Shown: positions 44,280 to 53,255 of the stretch, one piece after another
How positions within the stretch are numbered: position 1 is the stretch's first letter
Layout of the letters: each line of letters starts with the position of its first letter
IMG/VR virus record: IMGVR_UViG_3300044454_000099
Span: 1-53,255 of that record
DNA: 53,255 nt
Origin: a virus
Lineage: Duplodnaviria > Caudoviricetes
Direction: 5' to 3' (one strand)
Program-made: the position numbers and the translations under genes
Notes under the pieces: generated by a model
Databases searched by the model: none
What the model saw: the letters and a program-made list of their open reading frames with translations, nothing else
What the model was told of the DNA's origin: nothing

Positions 44280-44351
44280 CCTTTCACGTAGAGTTACTAC
44301 ACCGTATCCCGAAAGTGGGATAACACCTTTTAACCCCGTAAGGGGTATATT

Positions 44352-44489
44352 TCACGTCCAACGATTCGCCGAGGCTTGCCACCGCAACCGCCTGAAGTCT
44401 TCGCGGTGTTGACGCCATGAGCGCATATCGGCGCCGAGATCGGCCGGAAATGCCCACGCTAAGAACCGTTCGATCGCCCGTCGAATCAT
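44352..44489 (-). CDS. Small hypothetical protein (45 aa)
   Basis: ATGA overlap with the helicase stop; MIRRAIERFLAWAFP.... Confidence 0.4.
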   Translation of the reverse strand: MIRRAIERFLAWAFPADLGADMRSWRQHREDFRRLRWQASANRWT

Positions 44490-46486
44490 TCCAAATTCTC
44501 CCACCATCTATTATCGGTCGAAACCGGTTTTCTCAACTTGTCTTCGATGGCGTGGGTAAGGTCGATCGTCGCGTAACTGAGCTTTTGGGGGTTTTTCATC
44601 GTGTGGGTAACGTACCGCGCTCGCATTTGCGCCATGTCGAAGGCTCGGCGCATTTCTGGCGTGTGTAGGAAAACCTCGGCCGTAACCACATCGGCCCTTT
44701 GCCCGTCGCGATGCGTGCGGCCTAGCATTTGCTCCCAATCCTTATTCGTGCTCGGCGGTGTCGTGACTAGGTTGTCGCTCCACTTCTGAAGATTCGTACC
44801 TGTATTGTTCGCCTTGATACTGCACACGATGGTTCGATCGCCGCGCTCGTCAAGCTCGGGGCTCTTCTTGCCGCCGTCATACAGCGGGAGCCCGAGCCGC
44901 TCGGCAACCTTGGCGCCAAAATCATGATGCTCGAACCAGATAATGCCGAGGTTCTTACGGCCCCAATCGGCCGCGGCATCTACAAGGTATTCGGAAACCC
45001 ACTTATAGCGGGTTTCGTGGAAAACCTGATCCTTGATATCGCGCCACGCGGCGAAGTGCTCCGAAGGCCACGAGGGCATAGGGCCGTTCTTGGCCTTGGG
45101 CGGCACTCGAACGCCCTCGTGCGTGTAGCCATCATGCCAGCGCACCGCGGCATTCCACAGGTTCAGCGGCTGATCGAGAAATTCGCGGCTGTACTTCAGT
45201 TTTTCGCGAACCTCTTTATTGTAAAGCTTGCGCTTGGCGAACCAATCTTTGATCAACGTGTCGGGTTCGCCGCGTGGGAAATTCCAATACGAATAGAAAC
45301 CCGCGGCTAGCTGTCGCGCCCACATGGCCGCGGTTAGGGCATCTTGGCTTTCGTCGCCATCAGGGCGTTGACCGTTGCGCGTGGCCTCAATCAGATCTTG
45401 AAGGTTGCGCCCGTCGAAGCCGGGCAAAGGGTCTTTCGGCACGGGCGGCGCTTTGATTGCCGTGATTTCGAGGCCGCAACGAACGCTAGAGCCCGTGGTA
45501 ACGATCACGCCGTGGGTATCGGCCACGCGACGCGCAAAACCCGCTTGCACGTTTTCGCCGGGATTGCAGAAATTCGCCAGCAAGCCCATAGGAGCCCGGT
45601 ATTCGCCGGCATCAAGTGCAGCGGCCCAAGCATCAACAGTAGGTGGGTGCAGCGGTGTAGGCGATTGATCATCTAGGCATCGTTCCATTGTGTGGGAGAA
45701 CTCTTTGATGCTTCGATCGGTGGGTGAGCCGCTGATCGCCACGAACCGGTTACAGCCGGCCTCGAAGGCGCGTTCTACGCGACGCCACCTAGGGCCCTTG
45801 TGGTTTTTCAGGTTGTGGCTTTCGTCAGCGATGATCAGATCCGGCATGCCATAGCGCGTAAGTATGTCGCTATTTTTCGGTAGCGAAAGCTCAGAATAGG
45901 TAATCACTACCAGTGTAGGCCGGCCATCGATAAATGTACCGTAATCGGCAAGGTTGGGAACCTTGAAGTGCGCCGACCATTGCGGGTAATCTTTCTCGAA
46001 GAACTGACGCTTAACGCGCGGCGGTATCAGAAGGATCGCCCGCTTCACGTCAGGTATCGCCATCGGCAACAGAATAGAAATGCCGGTCTTACCGAAGCCC
46101 ACGCCTATGTTTCCGAAGAGCCCGGCAACGTCGCTCGCTTCTTCGAGGCTCCACCCTTGGATCGGCTTCAGCGATTTAATGCAGCCGGTGCCGGGCGTGC
46201 CGGGAATGCCCCACCGCCGATCGCAATCGCACTTCTCGTTATCGCGTTTAAGGTGGGCCGTCCAAGCGATGGCCGCGGCCGGATCATCAGGGTTCAGCGG
46301 CCGGCGAGGTAGCGCGGCCACGCGATCGAGATCCTTAGACCACCCAACCGGGGCGCCCCTGAAGGCGAATACCGCGCCCGCCGCGCCGCCCTCGGCTTGG
46401 GTGATAAGCCCGTCAGTCTTGGCGATGCCGTCAAGCATGCGCGCCGAGCGAGGGGGCGGCGCGGTTAGGGTGCTAAGGAAACTCAC
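44486..46486 (-). CDS. Superfamily 2 helicase
   Basis: VGFGKT, IIADESH, ISGSP, TGTNLQ and EQMLGRTHR motifs; GTG start coupled to the upstream stop. Confidence 0.85.
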   Translation of the reverse strand: MSFLSTLTAPPPRSARMLDGIAKTDGLITQAEGGAAGAVFAFRGAPVGWSKDLDRVAALPRRPLNPDDPAAAIAWTAHLKRDNEKCDCDRRWGIPGTPGTGCIKSLKPIQGWSLEEASDVAGLFGNIGVGFGKTGISILLPMAIPDVKRAILLIPPRVKRQFFEKDYPQWSAHFKVPNLADYGTFIDGRPTLVVITYSELSLPKNSDILTRYGMPDLIIADESHNLKNHKGPRWRRVERAFEAGCNRFVAISGSPTDRSIKEFSHTMERCLDDQSPTPLHPPTVDAWAAALDAGEYRAPMGLLANFCNPGENVQAGFARRVADTHGVIVTTGSSVRCGLEITAIKAPPVPKDPLPGFDGRNLQDLIEATRNGQRPDGDESQDALTAAMWARQLAAGFYSYWNFPRGEPDTLIKDWFAKRKLYNKEVREKLKYSREFLDQPLNLWNAAVRWHDGYTHEGVRVPPKAKNGPMPSWPSEHFAAWRDIKDQVFHETRYKWVSEYLVDAAADWGRKNLGIIWFEHHDFGAKVAERLGLPLYDGGKKSPELDERGDRTIVCSIKANNTGTNLQKWSDNLVTTPPSTNKDWEQMLGRTHRDGQRADVVTAEVFLHTPEMRRAFDMAQMRARYVTHTMKNPQKLSYATIDLTHAIEDKLRKPVSTDNRWWENLE

Positions 46487-47025
46487 GTATGAGCAGCCCA
46501 TGCTGGCGCCGTCCACAAATAATGCGAAGTCATCAAATCAGTATTGGGGTTTATGCTTGCGTTAGGTCTTTGTATTTTCAGATCGTCAGCTAAAGCCTCG
46601 AAGACACGCCTAGGTGAGCCTGATTCTTGCAAAAGAATAAACGAGGCCAACCAAGAAACGGCGAGATCCAGTTGATCCGGCAAAAACGAAAACTCTAAAT
46701 AATTGTCGCGTTCGTGTATAAGATCAAAACGCCCGTAATCCCTAATAGGGTCAAAGCCGAGGGTCTTCAAAGCGGCTTTGCTCGGGTTATAGTAACTACT
46801 GTAATGATTGAAATGAGCACGCATTACCCGGTTAGTGTAAGGAACAATGCACAAACGTCCTATGCCGCCTTTTACTCTAAAGAGCACATGACGATCGCCA
46901 CCGCCGCGGGCGGGCACCATGCCGCGACCCTCTAGCAGCGGGCCGAAAGCATCAATCAGAGACTGCTTACTTACCTCATAACCGTAGAAGTGCCCAGATC
47001 GGCTAACGGCCGTTTTTACGCACAT
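46483..47025 (-). CDS. Hypothetical protein, lower GC
   Basis: ATG 47025 follows the upstream TAA; visibly AT-richer than its neighbours. Confidence 0.55.
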   Translation of the reverse strand: MCVKTAVSRSGHFYGYEVSKQSLIDAFGPLLEGRGMVPARGGGDRHVLFRVKGGIGRLCIVPYTNRVMRAHFNHYSSYYNPSKAALKTLGFDPIRDYGRFDLIHERDNYLEFSFLPDQLDLAVSWLASFILLQESGSPRRVFEALADDLKIQRPNASINPNTDLMTSHYLWTAPAWAAHT

Positions 47026-47027
47026 TA

Positions 47028-47240
47028 TTAGTGACCCCTCAAATCGTATTCGTGCCGACACTCTTTCGCGCCCGCGTTGAAAGCGTACTCGGCCAATCGC
47101 CGAGCCCGCGGGCCTTTGGCTATGATCTCTTCGGCGCCATCGCTACCGACAATCGCCAGCGTGAAGCCCTCGGCGCCGTAGCGGATAATACACCTAGCCT
47201 CGATAACGCTCGCTGAGTTCACGATTTCGAGATCCTTCAC
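47028..47240 (-). CDS. Hypothetical protein
   Basis: Coupled small ORF. Confidence 0.5.
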   Translation of the reverse strand: MKDLEIVNSASVIEARCIIRYGAEGFTLAIVGSDGAEEIIAKGPRARRLAEYAFNAGAKECRHEYDLRGH

Positions 47241-47419
47241 TTAGTCACCCTGATCGCAGAATAGCCGTGATTGTCGGTTTCGGTGACTACCTCGATCTTA
47301 TCTTCGATTGCTTCGATTGCTTCGGCGATCCGTTCGAGCGCCTTAGCAGCATTCTCGAATGCGACAAGCGTGCGCGTATCAAACTCATCGGGCTCATAGA
47401 CGTATTTGGGTGCTTTCAT
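47237..47419 (-). CDS. Hypothetical protein
   Basis: AAGGAG SD; coupled. Confidence 0.55.
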   Translation of the reverse strand: MKAPKYVYEPDEFDTRTLVAFENAAKALERIAEAIEAIEDKIEVVTETDNHGYSAIRVTK

Positions 47420-47733
47420 GCTATCGCCGCTCCTTTCATGTCTTCGGCCATCTTCTCAGCTTCAACCTCAAGCTCGCGCACTACTGCTTTCGCGTGACCG
47501 AGGGCCAGATCTGAAAGCGCCTGAGAGGGCTTCTCGGCATCGGCCAGCGCCGCCAACGAGTTCGCGAAGCATTGGAACAAGTGGGCCGAGATCGCCAGCC
47601 GCGCGACAAACGAGGCGGTTTTATCGGTCTTAGGATCTTGACACGGCGCCATGACGAATTCAGTCATGATATCGCGAAGCGCGTCAGAATACCTTTTCGT
47701 TTCCTCTTTTTGCGGCATTTCTACTTGAATCAT
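47416..47733 (-). CDS. Hypothetical protein
   Basis: Coupled ORF. Confidence 0.55.
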   Translation of the reverse strand: MIQVEMPQKEETKRYSDALRDIMTEFVMAPCQDPKTDKTASFVARLAISAHLFQCFANSLAALADAEKPSQALSDLALGHAKAVVRELEVEAEKMAEDMKGAAIA

Positions 47734-47933
47734 TTTCGCCCCCGCGTGCCATCGGTTCGGGTTCGGTTATATGCGGCGCGCTCATCAGCGCTCACGATGC
47801 GATTAGGGTTAAAGCGCGCCGCCTTAGGCTTCTTCGCTGGCTTGGCTTGCTTGATGGCTTCTGCCCTCTGCTTTACGAACGTGACCGGCCCTAGCGACGT
47901 GACGGTAACCGGCCACCCTACGCGCGCCCTCAT
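47730..47933 (-). CDS. Hypothetical basic protein
   Basis: Coupled ORF. Confidence 0.5.
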   Translation of the reverse strand: MRARVGWPVTVTSLGPVTFVKQRAEAIKQAKPAKKPKAARFNPNRIVSADERAAYNRTRTDGTRGRK

Positions 47934-48202
47934 TTCATCACCCCACGCACGCCCATGCGGCGTTCAGCGTCCCACAACCGATCGGCCTCGTTATTGATTC
48001 GCATAAGCTCTTTTTGCTCTTCGGCCGAAAGGTAACCGTACTTCAGTGTCTCGGCTTTATAGGCGAAGACTCGGCAAAAGTGCCCGAAAATCGCGAGGCG
48101 GTAAGCTTGTTCGCGGTCTTCGCGCGTCGCCTCGCTAGCGAATGACTCGATCAAATCGGCGAATGCGTGTTTGATTTCCACGGCCCTTTGAACGGTAATC
48201 AT
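47930..48202 (-). CDS. Hypothetical protein
   Basis: Coupled ORF. Confidence 0.55.
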   Translation of the reverse strand: MITVQRAVEIKHAFADLIESFASEATREDREQAYRLAIFGHFCRVFAYKAETLKYGYLSAEEQKELMRINNEADRLWDAERRMGVRGVMK

Positions 48203-50040
48203 CGCACACCCCCTCGCACGACCATTGCCGCCTTTGGCACGAGCGCCTCAATAATCGGATCGGCGAGTTCGCTTGACTGAATCGAAACGAGGCCTGAAGG
48301 CGGGCTCTTGAGCGCTTCGAGCGCTATAAGGGCTTTCCACCCGCCGAAGCCGAGATCGCTATTTTTGTGGCCAAGGCGCACGTCAGGCGCGCCGCCAGCC
48401 GTGGCCACTCGCTTGCACACATCGGCGATGTAGGGCTCAAGCGGCCGAGCTTGCGCGCATGAACAGTTAATCAAGAGCATGAGCGGCTCACCCTCTTTCG
48501 GTGCGGCCGGTGCCGGCTCGGTTTGCGCCGGATCGTAAGTAACGATCGCGGGGGCCTTCATAGGCGCGGCCGGCATTTCTGCCATAGCCGCGGCTTGGGG
48601 CGCCGTAACCACGGCCTCGCGCGCGGCTACCTCGGCTTTCGACGGGCGCCCGCGCTTGGGCTTGGGGGGCTCGATAGCCTCGGCAACGGCCACGGTAACC
48701 ACGGGCGACGGGCTCACGGGCGGCGCTTGTACGATAGGTGCGGCAATCGTAGGGGGCGGTTGTACGGCTTGGCTGACAGGCTCGTCGGGCGCCAGAATGC
48801 TTTCGCCATCATCTTCGATCACGAGCTTGCGCTTAGGTGCCTCGGCCTTGGGGGCGGCGGGCGCCTGAACCGGAGCGGGGGCCTTCACGGGCGCCGAGGC
48901 GACGGGATCGCTATTCATGTCGCGCACGGTGGCATCGCTGGCCGTTTCGGCGAGCGCACCGCCACTCTTGAGCCGGAAAATTGGCCTAGAACCGATCACG
49001 CCCTCGAACACGCCCACGGGCCCACCCGGCAACATGTAAGCGCCACCCGGCACACACGCGCTTACAGGGATTTCTTTAAGCACGGGTGGGGTTGCGGCTG
49101 GCGCGCCTATGGTAACCGGCACGGTAACCGGCGCGCTTACGGCCGCGGGTGCGTTGATTTGTCCAAGAAGGCCCATGGGATTGATCCTTTCGATCGGCGA
49201 GGGTGTTTGATAATTAGCGGTTTCGATATTTCCGCGCAACGAACCGATAAAACGATTTTGTGGGCTATGAGCGCACACCCTAGCGAAATCGCACCCGCCG
49301 AAGGCGCCGCATGATTCGGTTTTGTAAGGCACATCGGGGGTTTTGCCGGGCTCGGCTACCGGGATCTTCGCAACCTCGGCCATTTCGGTATCGATGGTTT
49401 TCGCCATCGCGCCCCACCGCCGCAACACATCTTCGCGGGTGCTACGAAGGCTTACCGCCCTCGGGAAACGCCCGCCCGGCCCCTCGGTTTGGACATGGTG
49501 AAGCCGGAATTCAGCGGCGGGCGCGGTGGGGTCGCGGCACAAAACCGCATGCGCCGTGTAAATTATCTGTTGCGGATCGTTGGGCAACGTCTCTTCAGTA
49601 TCCGCGTATTTGTCGAGTTCTTTTTTGAACTTGTGATCGATGATAACCGGCACCGTGCCGGGCACGTAGAAATCTTCAAAACCGCTGATTGCAATGCCCG
49701 CGGGCGTCTTCAACATTGGGATCAGGGCTTCTTCGACGAGCCCCAAACCGCCATTGAACGGCGCCGCGTAAAGGTAGGGCTCTAGCATCGAATCGCCCAC
49801 ATGCACGAGCGCGCCGCGCACGTCTTCGCCGGTCTTCAAGAAGTGCTCAAGTTGCTTATGGCACTTGTCGCCGAGCGCGGCCCCTTTGCCCATGGGCTTA
49901 CGCGGGAGCTTTTCTTTTTTCTCGAAATGCCACTTAAGCGGGCAAAGCTGAAAGGTGTTTACTTGCGTTGCGCTAACGCACCGTAGCGAGCCATCAGGGT
50001 TCAGCGTGGAGCCGAACACGTCTTTACGGTCGTTACTCAT
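48199..50040 (-). CDS. PD-(D/E)XK Cas4/RecB-like exonuclease with long Pro/Ala-rich C-terminal extension
   Basis: SATQ..TF..CP, G...H, G.ED, IIDHK and C..FGGC.F...C motifs; KRGRP AT-hook. Confidence 0.8.
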   Translation of the reverse strand: MSNDRKDVFGSTLNPDGSLRCVSATQVNTFQLCPLKWHFEKKEKLPRKPMGKGAALGDKCHKQLEHFLKTGEDVRGALVHVGDSMLEPYLYAAPFNGGLGLVEEALIPMLKTPAGIAISGFEDFYVPGTVPVIIDHKFKKELDKYADTEETLPNDPQQIIYTAHAVLCRDPTAPAAEFRLHHVQTEGPGGRFPRAVSLRSTREDVLRRWGAMAKTIDTEMAEVAKIPVAEPGKTPDVPYKTESCGAFGGCDFARVCAHSPQNRFIGSLRGNIETANYQTPSPIERINPMGLLGQINAPAAVSAPVTVPVTIGAPAATPPVLKEIPVSACVPGGAYMLPGGPVGVFEGVIGSRPIFRLKSGGALAETASDATVRDMNSDPVASAPVKAPAPVQAPAAPKAEAPKRKLVIEDDGESILAPDEPVSQAVQPPPTIAAPIVQAPPVSPSPVVTVAVAEAIEPPKPKRGRPSKAEVAAREAVVTAPQAAAMAEMPAAPMKAPAIVTYDPAQTEPAPAAPKEGEPLMLLINCSCAQARPLEPYIADVCKRVATAGGAPDVRLGHKNSDLGFGGWKALIALEALKSPPSGLVSIQSSELADPIIEALVPKAAMVVRGGVR

Positions 50041-50357
50041 CGCACGAACCCGCCGCGGGCCATTTGCGCGATCGCGGCTTCGATGCGAGCAAGATCACAC
50101 TTCAGTTGCGCTTTAAGATTCAAAGCGTAGCCAATCGTCACACGGCTTTCGATCGACTCGAAGAGATCGGGCCCCAAATCGACGAGCGAAGAGCCCACAC
50201 GCCCCTGATCATCAACGCCTATGACCTTAAACCGCCGCGGGCGCCGTTCGGCTAGCATCTTTTCGAGCACCACAACCCGCGCCGCAAGCAACATGCACGA
50301 TGATCCCGCGTGCTCGGCGAGGCTCTTAGCGCGGTCTAGGTCGGTTTCGTATTTCAC
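50037..50357 (-). CDS. Hypothetical protein
   Basis: Coupled ORF. Confidence 0.55.
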   Translation of the reverse strand: MKYETDLDRAKSLAEHAGSSCMLLAARVVVLEKMLAERRPRRFKVIGVDDQGRVGSSLVDLGPDLFESIESRVTIGYALNLKAQLKCDLARIEAAIAQMARGGFVR

Positions 50358-52870
50358 TTAGCCACCGTCGCGTAAATTCGCGCCTTCATAATCGAGTGTG
50401 ACCCTACTTGCGTTTCGCGCGCCCACCGCAACAGAAATTCCACGTCTATTTTGTGAAAATCGTAATCGGCGATCGTAACCGTGCCGAGGCTGATTTGCTT
50501 TAGGGCCGTGCTGATCTTCTTCGCCGGCTGCACCTTTCGCGACGGTACCCGCATTTCCCAAGCGTGTTTATCGGCGAGCAATTCTGTATTAACCAAAAGC
50601 TCGCCGTTCCCCACTCTGAGCTTAGAGTTAGGCATCTTAGCCGCGGCCGGATCGCTCAAGAAACGGCACAAAAACTCTAGAACCGCCTCGGTAATGACCG
50701 TGCCAGCGAGTAGTCGATCCAGTGTGGCGGGCGGCACGTCAGACGCGATAAAGCGCTTTGTCTCGTCAACCGTGCGGTTCTCGCCAAGCCATAAGGCATG
50801 TTGGGCTATGCGATCGTCGCGCACCCATTCTTTGATGTAATTGTGCCCGCGCGACTGTCGAAAGCTTTCGAGGTATTTTGCCGCCTCATCGGTGGCGCCG
50901 ATAATCAAAAGCCGCTCGGCAAGGGCCGCAATGTCTTCGCGTTCGAGTTCGGCGCCCGTGGCTATGACTGCGTTCGCATTGTTGGCCGCGATCATCAGGC
51001 GCACGTTGCCGGTCAAGGGAACGATCGGCATGAACTTACGGTTTAGATTGCGGTCAGAACTCCCGATCAGCTTGCGGATCTCATCAACGATCGTGTCAGT
51101 CTTCGGTAAGCCCTCATCGGCGAAAATCAGCGGGCACCTAGTCAGGGCATCGTTAAATGCCGTGCCTACCACATTGCGAAACTCGGTAGGCCCGCCCGTA
51201 TGCCACAAGCGCGCGAGCCCGTCAGCTAAGACGTTCTTACCGATGCCCTTCGGCCCATGCCAGTAGAGGGCCGAGGCCGATTTTTCCAAGTCACTGACCG
51301 CGGCGATCCAATCTAAGAGCTTATCGCCACCGCCGAGCGCTAACCATTCGTGGATCTCGGCATCGTAGATAGGCCGAAGCGTTCGCCGAATGGGCGCCAC
51401 CGCCTCATGAAACGTTTCGGTTTCGGGCTCGTAATAGCTTTCTTGCAGCGCCAGCGATGCGCTCACGCACCGCGCTACCTCGCCGTAATCGAGGCATATC
51501 GACATGAGGGGCCGCGGCTTTGAATTGCCGTTGGCATCTTCGGTCATGAGCGTAACCGGCGCCCGCGCCAAATCGCGCATCAAAGAGATCAAAAGATCCT
51601 CATCGCGAAGTGCGCTACGATAATAACCATTACAGAAAACCCAATTACCGCCATGGTGGCGAATGATCCACCGCTTACGAAAGCCCTCAAGCGTTGTGTG
51701 GTGCTTCTCGGCCCACGCTCGCACGCGGGCCTCATCGAAAGGGCCGGTGCCGTCGCTACCCCCGTTGCCCGCCTCATCGGGATCGCTTTCCGCACTTACG
51801 CGGCGCATGAACGCCTTGGCGATCTCGGTTTGCTCTTGCTTTCGCTGGCGCTCGCGATCCCACCGCTCCCACGCGCGCTCTAACTTGTCTCGCGCGATCG
51901 AAATCCAATCGCCGGCCTCGGGCGGATCCATTTGCGCGAGCGATGGCGTCATTATTTCGAGCATCGCGCCGATCGGCACATCGGGTATCGTGTAGGCAAT
52001 GGCGCCCGCGGCCGATTGCACCGCGTTATCGCGCCCGCCCGAATCGGCCAGCTTCTCTTGATTGAGCACCCGGCGCACGAGGGCGTGCTTTTCGTCATGC
52101 CCGCGCGCGTAGGCACTGAGGCGCGAGCGAGCCCGATCCATATCGACGGGTTCGGTAGAAAGAACCCCCACCTTACTAGCCGGGGGCGGCATAGCCTCGC
52201 CGCGAGTCGCGGCCACGCCTAAGCTTGAGAGGAACGAGCCCGCGCCGGCCGGCGCCGAGGCCATGGGCCCCACGGGCTCTACCGCCTTGCCTTCGACATG
52301 GGCGAACATGTAAGCCGGCCCGCCATCGGGGCGTGAAGGGAAGTAGTAGAGCCTTACGAGATCTTTTGTGTTTTCATCGGCGCGAAACCCTAGGGCATTT
52401 TGCACCGCGTCGCGCGTGGGCTTTATCTCGGCTGGCGTCAATTCGCGCGTGACCGGTAGCACGATTCGCGCGCAATCGTCTTCGAGATCGGGGTTATGCG
52501 AGTGCGTGCTATGTAGTATCGCCGCGTAACCGGTTGCGTCGATTTTCAAGCATATGGCCTCAAGCTCGGCGCGCGTTACATGGTCAATATCGAAAACCAG
52601 ACACCCCATGCCGATTACGTGGGAGTTCTTACGCCACCCTTTACCGTCAGGATCTTCGGTTTCATCGGTTACGGCCGGGCTCCACGCGGGCCCCTTGCGT
52701 GCGTCGCACTTGTTCGGGTTGCGTTGCCCGTTTTCGTCACGCTGAAGCGAGGCGCACGGCTGGCATTGCGTGATTCGAGGCTCTTTGAGCGCGTCGATCA
52801 GCTCGGCCCACGATACTTCGACGGTACGCGGGCGAGAATCGAAGTGATCGTTTAGTTGGGAAAGCCTCAC
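50354..52870 (-). CDS. Primase-polymerase (AEP) fused to a P-loop helicase domain
   Basis: VFDID, HSTHSH, RLYYFP, GGRDNA, Walker A GPKGIGKN, IFADE and AAN motifs. Confidence 0.8.
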   Translation of the reverse strand: MRLSQLNDHFDSRPRTVEVSWAELIDALKEPRITQCQPCASLQRDENGQRNPNKCDARKGPAWSPAVTDETEDPDGKGWRKNSHVIGMGCLVFDIDHVTRAELEAICLKIDATGYAAILHSTHSHNPDLEDDCARIVLPVTRELTPAEIKPTRDAVQNALGFRADENTKDLVRLYYFPSRPDGGPAYMFAHVEGKAVEPVGPMASAPAGAGSFLSSLGVAATRGEAMPPPASKVGVLSTEPVDMDRARSRLSAYARGHDEKHALVRRVLNQEKLADSGGRDNAVQSAAGAIAYTIPDVPIGAMLEIMTPSLAQMDPPEAGDWISIARDKLERAWERWDRERQRKQEQTEIAKAFMRRVSAESDPDEAGNGGSDGTGPFDEARVRAWAEKHHTTLEGFRKRWIIRHHGGNWVFCNGYYRSALRDEDLLISLMRDLARAPVTLMTEDANGNSKPRPLMSICLDYGEVARCVSASLALQESYYEPETETFHEAVAPIRRTLRPIYDAEIHEWLALGGGDKLLDWIAAVSDLEKSASALYWHGPKGIGKNVLADGLARLWHTGGPTEFRNVVGTAFNDALTRCPLIFADEGLPKTDTIVDEIRKLIGSSDRNLNRKFMPIVPLTGNVRLMIAANNANAVIATGAELEREDIAALAERLLIIGATDEAAKYLESFRQSRGHNYIKEWVRDDRIAQHALWLGENRTVDETKRFIASDVPPATLDRLLAGTVITEAVLEFLCRFLSDPAAAKMPNSKLRVGNGELLVNTELLADKHAWEMRVPSRKVQPAKKISTALKQISLGTVTIADYDFHKIDVEFLLRWARETQVGSHSIMKARIYATVAK

Positions 52871-53092
52871 TTAGCGCCCCAAGGCGTAAAGCGCGAGCGT
52901 TACGATCGCGGCGCACAGTATGGCGAAAGTTATTAAACCCCTCATTTGCCCACCTTACACGTAGGGCACCCGGCGCTATAAAAACCGATCATTTGATGCA
53001 CATAGCACACCCATTTTACGGGTGGCGTTGACCTAAGCGGCGGTGTTCGATCCATTCGCGGCCCCTCGCGTGGTAGGTAGGTCTTAACCCGA

Positions 53093-53255
53093 CTAGGGCG
53101 CACTTTCAACCGCCTCGCCCCCGCGACTGGCGTAACCCGTGAACGGCATGAATGGCCATTCGTTCGCCTGTATGAAGCCCACTACCTGATCGACGAGCGA
53201 GGCGAAATAATCGTCATGCCGGCTATCGCCTCGAAGCTGAAAATCCCAAACGTGG
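53093..53255 (-). CDS. 3' end of the HExxH protein (allelic to 1-373)
   Basis: HVWDFQLRGDSRHDDYF...FTGYASRGGEAVESAP*; stop at 53093. Confidence 0.7.
   Translation of the reverse strand, partial: HVWDFQLRGDSRHDDYFASLVDQVVGFIQANEWPFMPFTGYASRGGEAVESAP
53110..53255. repeat. Terminal direct repeat, right copy
   Basis: Imperfect match to 1-134. Confidence 0.95.

Noticed and set aside
400-52855. Long overlapping opposite-strand or alternate-frame ORFs (e.g. 400-1056, 9441-10427, 15756-16571, 22126-22848, 48523-49314)
   Set aside because: Shadow ORFs expected at high GC; they overlap well-supported genes and carry no recognisable motifs.
1-53255. Terminal near-repeat as a DGR template/variable pair
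   Set aside because: Differences are not adenine-specific in one copy, several are synonymous, there is an indel, and no reverse transcriptase is encoded.
1-53255. Stop-codon reassignment
   Set aside because: Core genes are full length in code 11, and TAA, TAG and TGA all end tightly tiled genes.

Overview
The window is an essentially complete, circularly permuted ~53.1-kb dsDNA phage genome (roughly 60% GC by eye). Bases 1-134 recur, with allelic differences, at 53110-53255. It encodes a contractile-tail (myovirus-type) virion module on +: TerS/TerL, portal, minor head, protease/scaffold, capsid, neck, sheath, tube, a frameshifted tail chaperone, tape measure, baseplate and fibre. The - strand carries a replication/nucleotide arm (primase-polymerase/helicase, Cas4-like nuclease, SF2 helicase, SSB-like protein, family A DNA polymerase, MazG, HD hydrolase, RuvC-like resolvase, dNMP kinase), a sigma-70-family sigma factor, a block with an MT-A70 methyltransferase and a ParB-like protein that splits the head genes, and a second fibre/appendage gene cluster. 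I saw no integrase, tRNA gene, CRISPR array or reverse transcriptase. The most unusual signals are: (1) two covarying tRNA-elbow-like mini-structures behind the capsid and tail-tube genes; (2) an HNH insertion that leaves the tape-measure N-terminus without a canonical start codon; (3) a ClpP-like protease with a lipoprotein-type signal peptide; (4) a candidate reverse-topology spanin; (5) Cys/Zn insertions in PolA; (6) apparent GGA/TCC depletion. All protein calls come from motif recognition and synteny, not database searches. A myxobacterial host is only an inference.
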